Below, one piece after another: positions 1 to 13,800 of a DNA stretch of 64,000 nucleotides. The stretch comes from Eledone cirrhosa (Eukaryota), in NCBI GenBank assembly GCA_964016885.1, contig OZ024765.1:2914001-2978000 (forward strand). The letters run 5' to 3'. Under the pieces are notes generated by a model. The model ran no database searches. It saw nothing but the letters and a program-made list of their open reading frames with translations, and was not told where the DNA came from. Each line of letters begins with the position of its first letter. Positions within the stretch are counted from its first letter, which is position 1. Position numbers and translations under genes: made by a program.

Positions 1-2312
1 AAAGTAGAAAGTTTAAGAGAACAAGGGAGAGAGAGGAAAGTAGAAAGTTTAAGAGAACAAGGGAGAGAGAGGAAAGTAGAAAGTTTAAGAAAACAAGGGA
101 GAGAGAGAGGGGGGAAAGTAGAAAGTTTAAGAGAACAAGGGAGAGAGAGGAAAGTAGAAAGTTTAAGAGAACAAGGGAGAGAGAGGAAAGTAGAAAGTTT
201 AAGAGAACAAGGGAGAGAGAGGAAAGTAGAAAGTTTAAGAGAACAAGGGAGAGAGAGGAAAGTAGAAAGTTTAAGAGAACAAGGGAGAGAGAGGAAAGTA
301 GAAAGTTTAAGAAAACAAGGGAGAGAGAGAGGGGAAAGTAGAAAGTTTAAGAGAACAAGGGAGAGAGAGGAAAGTAGAAAGTTTAAGAGAACAAGGGAGA
401 GAGAGGAAAGTAGAAAGTTTAAGAGAACAAGGGAGAGAGAGGAAAGTAGAAAGTTTAAGAAAACAAGGGAGAGAGAGGAAAGTAGAAAGTTTAAGAGAAC
501 AAGGGAGAGAGAGGAAAGTAGAAAGTTTAAGAGAACAAGGGAGAGAGAGGAAAGTAGAAAGTTTAAGAGAACAAGGGAGAGAGAGGAAAGTAGAAAGTTT
601 AAGAAAACAAGGGAGAGAGAGGAAAGTAGAAAGTTTAAGAGAACAAGGGAGAGAGAGGAAAGTAGAAAGTTTAAGAGAACAAGGGAGAGAGAGAGGGGGG
701 AAAGTAGAAAGTTTAAGAGAACAAGGGAGAGAGAGGAAAGTAGAAAGTTTAAGAGAACAAGGGAGAGAGAGGAAAGTAGAAAGTTTAAGAGAACAAGGGA
801 GAGAGAGGAAAGTAGAAAGTTTAAGAGAACAAGGGAGAGAGAGGAAAGTAGAAAGTTTAAGAGAACAAGGGAGAGAGAGAGGGGAAAGTAGAAAGTTTAA
901 GAGAACAAGGGAGAGAGAGGAAAGTAGAAAGTTTAAGAAAACAAGGGAGAGAGAGAGGGGAAAGTAGAAAGTTTAAGAGAACAAGGGAGAGAGAGGAAAG
1001 TAGAAAGTTTAAGAGAACAAGGGAGAGAGAGGAAAGTAGAAAGTTTAAGAGAACAAGGGAGAGAGAGGAAAGTAGAAAGTTTAAGAGAACAAGGGAGAGA
1101 GAGGAAAGTAGAAAGTTTAAGAAAACAAGGGAGAGAGAGAGAGAGGGGAAAGTAGAAAGTTTAAGAGAACAAGGGAGAGAGAGGAAAGTAGAAAGTTTAA
1201 GAGAACAAGGGAGAGAGAGGAAAGTAGAAAGTTTAAGAGAACAAGGGAGAGAGAGGAAAGTAGAAAGTTTAAGAGAACAAGGGAGAGAGAGAGGGGAAAG
1301 TAGAAAGTTTAAGAGAACAAGGGAGAGAGAGGAAAGTAGAAAGTTTAAGAAAACAAGGGAGAGAGAGAGGGGAAAGTAGAAAGTTTAAGAGAACAAGGGA
1401 GAGAGAGGAAAGTAGAAAGTTTAAGAGAACAAGGGAGAGAGAGGAAAGTAGAAAGTTTAAGAGAACAAGGGAGAGAGAGGAAAGTAGAAAGTTTAAGAGA
1501 ACAAGGGAGAGAGAGGAAAGTAGAAAGTTTAAGAAAACAAGGGAGAGAGAGAGAGAGGGGAAAGTAGAAAGTTTAAGAGAACAAGGGAGAGAGAGGAAAG
1601 TAGAAAGTTTAAGAGAACAAGGGAGAGAGAGGAAAGTAGAAAGTTTAAGAGAACAAGGGAGAGAGAGGAAAGTAGAAAGTTTAAGAGAACAAGGGAGAGA
1701 GAGGAAAGTAGAAAGTTTAAGAAAACAAGGGAGAGAGAGAGAGAGGGGAAAGTAGAAAGTTTAAGAGAACAAGGGAGAGAGAGGAAAGTAGAAAGTTTAA
1801 GAGAACAAGGGAGAGAGAGGAAAGTAGAAAGTTTAAGAGAACAAGGGAGAGAGAGGAAAGTAGAAAGTTTAAGAGAACAAGGGAGAGAGAGGAAAGTAGA
1901 AAGTTTAAGAGAACAAGGGAGAGAGAGGAAAGTAGAAAGTTTAAGAGAACAAGGGAGAGAGAGGAAAGTAGAAAGTTTAAGAGAACAAGGGAGAGAGAGG
2001 AAAGTAGAAAGTTTAAGAGAACAAGGGAGAGAGAGGAAAGTAGAAAGTTTAAGAGAACAAGGGAGAGAGGAAAGTAGAAAGTTTAAGAGAACAAGGAAGA
2101 GAGAGAGGAGTAGAAAGTTTAAGAAAACAAGGGAGAGAGAGGGGAGTAGAAAGTTTAAGAAAACAAGGGAGAGAGAGGAAAGTAGAAAGTTTAAGAGAAC
2201 AAGGGAGAGAGAGGAAAGTAGAAAGTTTAAGAAAACAAGGAAGAGAGAGAGGAGTAGAAAGTTTAAGAGAACAAGGGAGAGAGAGGAAAGTAGAAAGTTT
2301 AAGAGAACAAGG
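1..2312. repeat. 36-bp purine-rich tandem satellite (aaagtagaaagtttaagagaacaagggagagagagg)n
   Basis: About 60 near-identical units with variable (GA)n length; runs off the left window edge. Confidence 0.97.
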
Positions 2313-2807
2313 TATCAGGTTATTAAGTATAAAATGTCCAAGATTTAAATAAAAAGTACATTAAAACATCGGACATTTTATATTTAATGGTCTAATAGAA
2401 ATGAAGAAAGGGTAGGAGGAGTCGGGTAGTGGGAGTAATGGAATTAATAAGAAAGGAGGGGGAGGAACAATAAAACAAGATGAGAGTAGTGGTAGGAGTA
2501 GAGAATCGGTAGGAAAATAAAGAGGGGGGGGACAGGGAGGCAGAAATAGTAATAGAGAGGGTAGGAGGAATCGGGTAGTGGGAGTAATTGAGGGGAGGGG
2601 AAAGAGGAACAATAAAACAAGGTGAGGGTAGTGGGGAGGAGTAGGGAATCAGTGAGAGAAAATAAAGAGAGGGAAAAAGAAGGGGAGGCAGTGACAATAA
2701 TAGAGACGGGAGAAAAAAGAAATTCAAGTAAAGATATTATTTTATTTTGGTCAGCGAGACATATAGCCAGACATGACTAATGCCGACTACGCGACCGAGA
2801 ACGAGGC

Positions 2808-2815
2808 TATAAATA
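2808..2815 (+). promoter_or_regulatory. Putative TATA box of the acid phosphatase gene
   Basis: ggcTATAAATAcccc in a locally CpG-containing non-repetitive patch ~150 bp upstream of the ATG; Inr-like CTAGTC ~25 nt downstream. Confidence 0.5.
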
Positions 2816-2965
2816 CCCCAGATATTATCGACTAGTCACTACTACTACTATTCATTCTTTCACACACATACACACACAACGAAAAAGTTGGAGGAACTAA
2901 CATCAACATCGTCTAAATTATCTCATCTGTCATCGTTTTGTAGTTATCGTCGTCGTTATCTCTCT

Positions 2966-3076
2966 ATGGCATCTCCATCATCATCATTGTCGTCTTCATG
3001 TGTCTTCTTGGTTCTATTGTTGACCAGTTATTTCTTCTCCATTCAAGCTTCGTCCACTCTCAAGTTGGTCCATGTC
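2966..3076 (+). CDS. ACP2: Acid phosphatase exon 1 (signal peptide)
   Basis: [37 protein letters not shown] then gtaagt donor. Confidence 0.85.
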
Positions 3077-3452
3077 GTAAGTATACAATATTTCCTATAT
3101 ATATATATACATCTATGTATGTATATATATATATATATACATGTATGTATGTATATATATATATATACACATATATACATGTATGTACATATATATATAT
3201 ATATATATAATATAAGATCACGAAGGAAATGTGGTAAGGAACCAGGTGGACCATAACGCACCAAAGTACTCAATACTTAGGGTAGTAGAGTGGGTAATAG
3301 GAACAAGTAAGACCCCGACGGCTGAGCTCAAGCCGTTTCGACGGCTAATTCTTATAATATAAGATCAAAAGATGGTTAAAAGAGTTCCAAGTATTTTATA
3401 TATATATATATAATATATATATATATATATGTGTGTATGTAAAAGGTAAACA

Positions 3453-3509
<57 letters not shown>

Positions 3510-4766
3510 ATAGGTTTATATTTATGTGTGTGTGTGTATATATATATGTATGTGTGTGTATAGTTTTATATTTGTGTGTGTGTGTATATGCAAAAGTTTT
3601 ATTTAAAATTGTTGGGTTACAACAAGTAAATATTTTATAACTGATATAAAGCACTCGACAAGTTTTTGGAGTAGATATACGATATTAAACAAATGGAAAC
3701 TATATTTATAAAACCATATTTATTTCATTATACATATTTCAGGGATACCATATTAAAAATATGGCATGCCTTCGTATGTGTGTATATATATATATGTGTA
3801 TATTTATATATGTATGTATGTATATATGTGTGTATGTATATATATGTGTGTATGTATATATGTGTGTATGTATATATATATGTGTGTGCGTATGTATATA
3901 TATATATATGTGTGTGTGTGTGTATATATAGTTATGTGTGTGTATGTATATATTTATATATAGTTGTCTGTATATATATATATCCTTGAGCAAGACACTT
4001 TATTTCACATTGCTCCAGTTTACTCAGCCGTAGAAAAGGATATGATAGGGACTGGGGTCCCTATCATTCCACTGCAAAGGGGTTGTGGAGGTGCCACGGC
4101 ACAAAAGCACCCAGCACTCACTGTAAATGAGGTTGGTGTTAGGAAGGGCATCCAGCTGTAGAAATCTAGGCAGAATCAGTTCCCGTCCCACCCTTGCAAG
4201 CAGGGAAAAGTAGAAGTAAAATGATGATGATGATGTATGTATTGATGTGTATAACAGATATTGATAAATCAGTTATTTACATAAATGACTATGTAATGAC
4301 AATATATTAATATATATATCATCATCATCATCAACGTTTAACGTCCGTGTTCCACGCTTGCATGGGTTTGGACGGGGGTATTCCCACTTGAGGCAAGAGT
4401 GATTGTCTTGCTCGCATAGGACTGTCTGGCAGGTTTTCTACAGTTGGATGCCCTTCCTAACACCAACCACATTTACAGTGTGGGGCTGGGAGGTTTTTAC
4501 CGTGTTGCCTACACGGCCACATTACAGCGTGGACTGCGTTTTTTTGTCGTGACACCTACACGATCTCATTTGTTTCGGCCTGGATGTTGTGGCACCAACA
4601 TAACTTTACATAGAACGGGGTGATGTGGGTGGTGGGACGGGGGTGTATTTTGTTAGAGATGCCTACTGGCTGTAGTAGGTTTTACTATGTATTTAGGTAA
4701 GGCGGGTCTTCTAACAGATATTGATAAATCAGTTATTTACATAAATGACTATGTAATGACAATATA

Positions 4767-4805
<39 letters not shown>

Positions 4806-7800
4806 GAATAATCGAGTATCGAAAAATCGGCGCACGAGTTCACGATAAACAAAATTCGATATGAGCGGCAGAGGGCTCCATAATTTAGATAAATCAGAGC
4901 TATATATATATATATATAATACTTATACATGTGTTATTAATTACACTGTGAAACATGTCTGCCTGTCAAATGTTTCTATGATTGCAAAAACATGTGTTGT
5001 CTGTGTGTGCATGTCATGTATATGAGTGTATGTATATATGTGTGTGTGTATGTGTATATATATGTGTGTGTGTATATGTATATATATATATATATGTGTG
5101 TGTATATATGTGCGTGTATGTATATATATGTGTGTGTATGTGTATATATATGTGTGTGTGTATATATGTGCGTGTATGTATATATATGTGTGTGTGTATG
5201 TGTATATATATATGTGCGTGTATGTATATATGTGTGTATGTATATATATGTGTGTGTGTATGTATATATATGTGTATGTGTATATATATATATGTGTGTG
5301 TATATATGTGCGTGTATGTATATATATGTGTATGTATGTGTATATATATGTGAGTATATGTATATATGTGCGTGTATGTATATATATGTGTGTGTGTATG
5401 TGTGTATATATGTGTGTGTGTATATATATGTGTGTGTATGTGTGCGTGTATGTATATATGTGTGCGTGTGTGTGTGTATGTATATATGTGTGTGTGTGTG
5501 TGTGTCATTTTACAGACATGTCAGCGTGTGTGTATGTTTGTCTCCTCTGTCTGTGTGTGTGTGTGTGTTATTTCACACACATGTATGTGAGTTATTCACA
5601 CCTGCCTTTAAGTATTTGTAACTCTGTCTGTCTGTCTATGTCACTCTACACACACACACACTAACACTCACAGACACACACACACACACACACACCTATA
5701 TAGTCCTCAGTAGCCCTAGCTATATATAGAGTGTGTACACACATACCTATATAGTCCTCAGTAGCCCTAGCTATATATATAGAGTGTGTACACATACACA
5801 CACCTATATAGTCCTCAGTAGCCCTAGCTATATATATAGAGTGTGTACACACACACACACACCTATATAGTCCTCAGTAGCCCTAGCTATATATAGAGTG
5901 TGTACACACACACCTATATAGTCCTCAGTAGCCCTAGCTATATATATAGAGTGTGTACACACACACACCTATATAGTCCTCAGTAGCCCTAGCTATATAT
6001 ATAGAGTGTGTACACACACGCACACACCTATATAGTCTTCAGTAGCCCTAGCTATATATATATATATAGTGTGTACACACACACCTATATAGTCCTCAGT
6101 AGCCCTAGCTATATATATAGAGTGTGTACACACACACCTGTGTTAAATCTGTCATTCAAGCAGCACTTGTCCATTGTTGAGAGACTAATGTGGTTTTTAT
6201 TGACTCACATTAAACCTTAGCACCATCCTATATATTAAACATTGCTATTACGCTCATATATTGTTTCTACTTTTGGCACAAGGCCAGCAAATAACCCTCC
6301 AGTACATTACTGGTACGTTATGTATTAAACCTTGCTTTTACTCACATGTATTAAACGTTGCTTTTACCCACATTTATTAAACACATGTATTAAACTTTGC
6401 TTTTACCCACATGTATTAAACCTTGCTTTTACCCACATGTATTAAACCTTGTATTTACCCACATGTATTAAACCTTCATATTACGACCATACTGGAGCAA
6501 CATCCCATATAATAAACCTTGGTATTGTAACTATATTTTTATTGAAACCCTCTCACTGGTTCTATGTAACTTGACTAGTTTCACTCATTTGAATATGACC
6601 ATACTGGAGCACCATCCTATATATTAAACCTTAGTTTTACCCACATGTATTAAACCTTAGTTTTACCCACATGTATTAAACCTTAGTTTTACCCACATGT
6701 ATTAAACCTTGGTATTACCCACATGCATTAAACCTTGGTATTACCCACATGTTTTAAACCTTGCTTTTACCCACATCTATTAAACCTTGCTTTTACCCAC
6801 ATCTATTAAACCTTGCTTTTACCCACATGTATTAAACCTTAGTTTTACCCACATGTATTAAACCTTGGTATTACCCACATGTATTAAACCTTCATGTTAC
6901 AACCATGCTAGGACACCGTCCCATATATTAAACCTTGGTATTGTAACTATATTTCTATTGAAAACCAATGGCTGCTTGTATATACCTTCATTGGCTTCAG
7001 TCATTTGACAGGACTGTTGTGATCATGCTAGGACACCGTCCCATATATTAAACCTTGGTATTGTAACTATATTTCTATTGAAAACCAATGGCTGCTTGTA
7101 TATACCTTCATTGGCTTCAGTCATGTGATCATGCTAGGACACCGTCCCATATATTAAACCTTGGTAGTATAATAATATAGAAGGTGAATTGGCAGAGTTG
7201 TTAGAAAGTCAGATAGAATGCTTTCTGGTATTCGTTCCGACTCACTGATCTCTGAGTTCAAATCCCACCAAAGTCAACTTTGCCTTTCATCTATTCATGG
7301 TTGATTAAAAAAAGTACCAGTCTACTACTGGGGTTGATTCTTCCTCTATATCTCTTTCTCATTTCCTTTCTTTCACTCTCTCTCTATCCTTCTCTGGAAG
7401 AAATTTACAGTATTCAGACCCAGATGTTTTTCGTGGTCTTCCTCTACTGCGTCTTCCCTCTACTGGGATTTCTTGGCACTTCTTTACCCAGCGGTCATCT
7501 TCCATGCGCGTCGCATGTCCATACCATCTCAGTCTTCTCTCCCGCACACTACAGCCTATCCCTCTTATACACATCTTCTCTCTCAACACATCACATGTCC
7601 ATACCATCTCAGTCTTCTCTCCCGCACACTACAGCCTATCCCTCTTATACACATCTCTCTCAACACATCACATGTCCATGCCATCGCAGTCTTCTCTCCC
7701 GCACACTACAGCCTATCCCTCTTATACACATCTTCTCTCTCAACACATCACATGTCCATGCCATCGCAGTCTTCTCTCCCGCACACTACAGCCTATCCCT

Positions 7801-10800
7801 CTTATACACATCTTCTCTCTCAACACATCACATGTCCATGCCATCGCAGTCTTCTCTCCCGCACACTACAGCCTATCCCTCTTATACACATCTTCTCTCT
7901 CAACTCACCTAAGCTTGGTCATTCACACACATTGACATTGCACATCCAACGGAGCATGCTTGCTTTCTTTTTCTCCAGCCGTTGCATCCCACACAGGCAT
8001 CATATAACCGGCCTTTCGTTCGTAGGGAGAAACCCTTCTTTGTCAACAGAGAAAGCAGCTCCCTAAACTTCTTCCAACCCGTCCTTATTCTAGATACCAT
8101 GGTCTCGGAGTATCCTCCTCCCTTACTAATCTGATCACTAGAGAAAGATGGACTCTGCCAGGTTTAAAAGTGCCCTAGAAATGCCATATGTTAATACGGC
8201 ACCCTTATGACTTCCTTGGGAGTTAAGGAACCATGCATGTATTTCGGTAGAGGGTCGGATGCCATGCTTTGCAGCAAAGAGTTAGGTCTCTTTACGTTCA
8301 GAGTTCAAATCCCACCGAGGTTAACTTTGCCTTTCATCCTTACGGGGTCGATAAAATAAAGTACCAGTAATACACTGGGATAATTGCTGGCCTTGTGCCA
8401 AAAGTAGAAACAATTATTACAATATTTCTATTTAAAACCAGTGACTAATTTTATTTACCTTTACTGGTTTCAGTCATTTGACTACGACCATACTGGAGCA
8501 CCATCCCATATATTGAACTTTGGTATTATAACTATATTTCTATTGAAAACCAGTGACTGGTTTTATATATCTGTACTGGTGTCAGTCACTTGACTGTTGT
8601 GAACATGCTAGGATACCATCCCATATATTAAACCTTGGTTTTTCCTCACATATATTAACCCTTAAGCATTTACATTATTCTATATTTACTATTATGTTTT
8701 CATGGTAAAGGCTTTACCTCACATAATATTGAATCTATGAGATTCTGATATTATTTATTTTGAGAGCAATACCTTAACATAAGTATGAGCAGCCAGTTAC
8801 AGCCGGTTTGAACAGAAAAAGATAGATAATTCTGGCCAGATGTGGCCAGTTTATCTGCAGGCGCCCCACGCTGGGAATCACAGATATAGAGTAATGTAAA
8901 TGCTAATAGGTTAAATGATGATGATGATGATGATTTCATTTTTTTGATTGATGTTTTTCTTTTTTTTAAATTTCTAGTTATATCGCCATGGAGACCGATC
9001 CCCAACTTCTGATTACCCAAATGATGACCAGAAAGATGTTTGGCCAAAGGGTCTTGGTCAGCTGACAAAGGTAAGTTTATCTCACAGGTAATTAATGTAG
9101 GTTTATTAAATGGCAGGTTTGAGGTATACAAATAAATATTGATAGACAGATAGATTGGTAGATAGATAGATAGATAGATTTCTTTATTTGTCACAGGGGC
9201 GTACAAAAATGGGACATTACAAGACGTGACGGCAGAGGTTTTACATAAAATCTTTAATAAACTATATATAAAATTGAAATCCCCAATAGGGGGGAACGTT
9301 ACTGCAGGGTTGTTTTACACCCCGTGGATAGAACAACCCTCAACACCAGGAACACGTTTTGTAGGTGTTCCTGTCTTCCCTCTGTTTGTCTTCCTCAACC
9401 TACAGGTTTATATACAGAGAAGGCCCATTCACTCGGGTCATTTTCGCCACATTCACCCACCTTTCAGCGAATTTACTGGGGTGTAGCACCTCTCTCTCCA
9501 CTCTCACCTTCCTTCTGAAGTGGTACTTAAAGAAGGGGATAAGTTGTCATCGAGAGAGAAAGGTGTTTGCCCCCAGTCCTTTTAACCTCATCCACCATAT
9601 TACCTCTTTCGCCATAGCCACCAGACAGAGGAAAACTGCTTCTCCTTCATTCTTAAATGAAGGCAGCGGGGTGATTCTCACGATGGACTCAGCTGACAAC
9701 TGGATGTGTCCCACACGTGACAGTAGCTGTTCGACATAATTCCACAGGTCGGTCAGCCCTGGGCACTGAACAATTGCGTGGAGGACGGTTTCAGTGTCCT
9801 GCTCGCATTTTTAACAGGTCCTTTTGGCAGGATCTCTGCCAGGGTGTCCGTGCCTGTAGATTTTGTATAGATAGATAGGTAGATAGATAGATGGACTGAT
9901 AGATAGATAGATAAATAGACAGATAGACTGGCAAACTAATTGATAGAGATGGTGTTGTTTCGTACTAATATTTAATGTGATGTAGTCATAGTGTTGTTTT
10001 GTACTAAATGTTTATAGTATCTTTACTGGTGGACAGATTGTTGTGAATATTTACAGTATTACAGTAAAGACTTTAATATTTAATGTGATGTAGTCATAGT
10101 GTTGTTTTGTACTAAATGTTTATAGTATCTTTACTGGTGGACAGATTGTTGTGAGAATTTACAGTATTACAGTAAAGACTTTAATATTTAATGTGATGTA
10201 GTCATAGTGTTGTTTTGTACTAAATGTTTATAGTATCTTTACTGGTGGACAGATTGTTGTGAATATTTACAGTATTACAGTGAAGACTTTAATATTTAAT
10301 GTGATGCAGTCATAGTGTTGTTTTGTACTAAATGTTTATAGTATCTTTACTGGTGAACAGATTGTTGTGAATATTTACAGTATTACAGTAAAGACTTTAA
10401 TATTTAATGTGATGTAGTCATAGTGTTGTTTTGTACTAAATGTTTATAGTATCTTTACTGGTGGACAGATTGTTGTGAATATTTACAGTATTACAGTAAA
10501 AACTTTAATATATAATGTGATGTAGTCATAGTGTTGTTTTGTACTAAATGTTTATAGTATCTTTACTGGTGAACAGACCGTTGTGAATATTTACAGTATT
10601 ACAGTAAAAACTTTAATATATAATGTGATGTAGTCATAGTGTTGTTTTGTAGTTTTCAAGAATGTCTTGCTAATGTGTTTTTGTGTGATACAGGATGTTA
10701 AAATGTAATACTAATGTCTTTATTCATCTCTCTGTCTTAAAGACTGGAATGCAGCAACAATACCAACTGGGAAAATATTTGAGAAACCGTTATGACACGT

Positions 10801-13800
10801 TTCTTAACACTTCCTTTCACACCGATGAGGTAAATATATATACGATTGTTACCATCAGGGCTTATGAGAGGAGGACGGGGGAGAACTGCAGACACTGTTT
10901 CTGGGTGATTACCCTTCATCAGTACAGTTTACTGCTTACCTGCCAACTGCTAGTGAAATATATTTTCTAAAATATGCTGTGACTGTGTATATATGTATGT
11001 ATGTGTGATGGTGTGTGTGTATATATATATATATATACCATCATCATACATCTATTCTTCCACGCTAGCATGGGTTAGGCGGGTTGTCCTGTTGTGGGCA
11101 ATGCTGGGTCGGGTGACCATGTGCTGCTCATACAGAACTGATTCTGGCTTGATTTCTACAGCTGGATGCCCTTCCTAACACCAACCTCATGTAGTGCTTT
11201 TTTTTCCGTGGCGCCTACACAGCCACTTTACAGTGTGGACTGGGTGCTTTTTTGTTGTGACACCTCCCCTCCCACTGTAAAGTGGGAGGGGATGGGGGCA
11301 TATTGTCTATATACTTCAGCTTCAACTTGTACCTGTGGGAAGTCGGGTCTTCTTATATTTTTTAATGTTCTCTTTTGCAGATCTATGTCCAAAGTACTGA
11401 CAAAGACAGGACCTTAATGAGTGCCTATTGTAACTTGGCTGGTTTCTTCTACCCTTCGGCTGATGATGTCTGGAACCCTAACCTCATGTGGCAACCAATC
11501 CCGGTCCATACCATTCCTCGGATGCAAGACTACGTAAGAACATTCTTCATTATCGCTCCTTCAGTGGATTGGCAGTATCGGTAGACGGTCGGACGCCATG
11601 CTTTGACGCATAGAGTTACGGCCCTTTACGTTCTGGGTTCAAATACCGCCGAGGTCAACTTTGCCTTTCATCCGTACGGGGTTCGATAAAATAAAGTACC
11701 AGTAATACACTTGAGTAATTGCTGGCCTTGTGCCAAAAGTATAAGCAATTATTGTTCCATCAGCTATAGGGCTGTGGATTAGAAGAATCGGTAGAGCGTC
11801 GGGCAGCATGCTTTGCAGCACAGAGTTACGGCCCTTTGCGTTCTGAGATCTGGTCCCGTCCCGCCGATAAAATAAAGTACCAGCAATACACTGGTGTCGA
11901 TTTAATTAAATTTCCCCCTTCCCCAAAATTGCTGGCCTTGTGCCTTTATAAGAAACCATATTATTATTATTTGGCAGTAATCGGTAGAGCATCAGACACC
12001 ATGCTTTGCGGCATAGAGTTGCGGCCCTTTACGTTCTGAGTTCAAATCCCACCAAGGTTAACTTTGCCTTTCATTCTTACAGGATCGATAAAATAAAGTA
12101 CCACTTCCCTTTAAATAGCTGGCCTTGTTCCTAAAGTAGAAACAGTTATTTATAATTATCATCATCATCAATCAACGTCCATGTTCCACGCTAGCATGGG
12201 TTTGACAAGTTTGTCCCATTTAGAGGCAAGTTGGGTCAGGTGATCAGGTCTTGCTCAAATAGGAGAGATTCTGGCTTGATTTCTACAGCTGGATGCCCTT
12301 CCTAACACCAACCTCATTTACAGTGTGGGCTGGGTGCTTTTTTGCCGTGGCACCTCCACGACCAATTTGCAGTGGAATGATAGGGACCTCAGTCCCTATC
12401 ATCTCATTTCTACAGCTGAGTAAACTGGAGCAATGTGAAATAAAGTGTCTTGCTCAAGGAAATAACACATCACCTGGTCTGAGAATTGAACTCACAACCT
12501 TTCGATTGCAAAGCCAATGCTCTAACCACTAAGCCATGTGCCTCCATGTATATATATATATATATTTTCATGCATATGCATATACCATATATGTAATATA
12601 CATACAAACTTTATATTGGCAATAATAATGAAATTATAGTGTACAGCCCTCAGGTGCACTACAACTAAATGGTCGGTATTATGGAGTTCAAATCACACTA
12701 TGGTTATCTATGCCTGTCATCCTTAGGGATCTGACATAGATCAATAACTAGAATCAAACCCCTTATTTTGCAGTTGCTTTACATGGAGTCCAGCTGTCCG
12801 AAATTCATGAAACTTTACGAAGACCTTTTGAAATCAGATGTTTATAAAAACAAATTACTTGAATTCGAGGTAAGTGAAACAACTTCACCGTTATTGTCTT
12901 TCTCAGTTCTGAGTTCAAATCCCACCAGGGCCAACTCTGCCTTTCATCCCTTCAGGGCTTGATAAAATAACGTACCAGTAATTCACTGATGTTGATAGCT
13001 AAGGTCAACTTTGTTTTAAGGAAATAATAGTAAACCTATTCTATGTACTACCAGCATGACAATAACAACATCACAACACCACTACCATCACTATCATCAT
13101 TGTTTTAATATAATATTGGTAACACTAATTATCATCATCATCATTTTACATCCGCTTCTCCCTGCTTGCAAGGGTGGGACGGGTTTTATTCAGCACAGCA
13201 TCTCTCCACGTGTCACGGTCCTTCGTCATCTCCTCCGTGAGCTTCAGTGATCTGAGGTCTGCTCTCAACACCTCCGCCCATTTTTTTTATGGTCTTCCTC
13301 TACTGCATGTTCCTTCTATTGGGACATCACATGTCCATACCATCTCAGTCTTCTCTCCCGCAGACTACAGCCTATCCCTCTTATACACAGTTTCTCTCTC
13401 AACTCACCTATGCTTGGTTGTTCACGCACATTGACATTGCACATCCAACAGAGCATGCTTGCTTCATTTCTCTCCAACCGTCACATCTCACCCAGGCATC
13501 ATAACCGGCCTTTCGTTCGTAGGGAGAAACCCTTCTTTGTCAACAGAGGCAGCAGCTCCCTAAACTTCTTCCAACCCATCCTTATTATAGATATTGTTAT
13601 ACTTTGGTAGAGTCATGCTGCCAATAAAAACACATGCACCTGTTGGGTTTCACTTCAATTTATTATAAATTTCCAGTTGGTTGGCTGGTTCAATAACCGG
13701 ATGGTTGTTTATATAATGTCAAAGCTCTTTCGTCACACATTCTGTGACCTCCTCAGTGACTTATTTTATGTCTCTCCTTTGTTCTGTTCTACACCATATA

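Noticed and set aside
2888-2965. Upstream TTG start extending the phosphatase N-terminus
   Set aside because: Non-ATG start from a prokaryote-style ORF caller; the ATG at 2966 gives a normal signal peptide.
3311-3346. Hammerhead on the minus strand (GAAACGGC...GCCGUC GGGGUC)
   Set aside because: Only the 3' half is present and no CUGANGA or stem I partner is found upstream. The same applies to the half motif at ~43411-43435.
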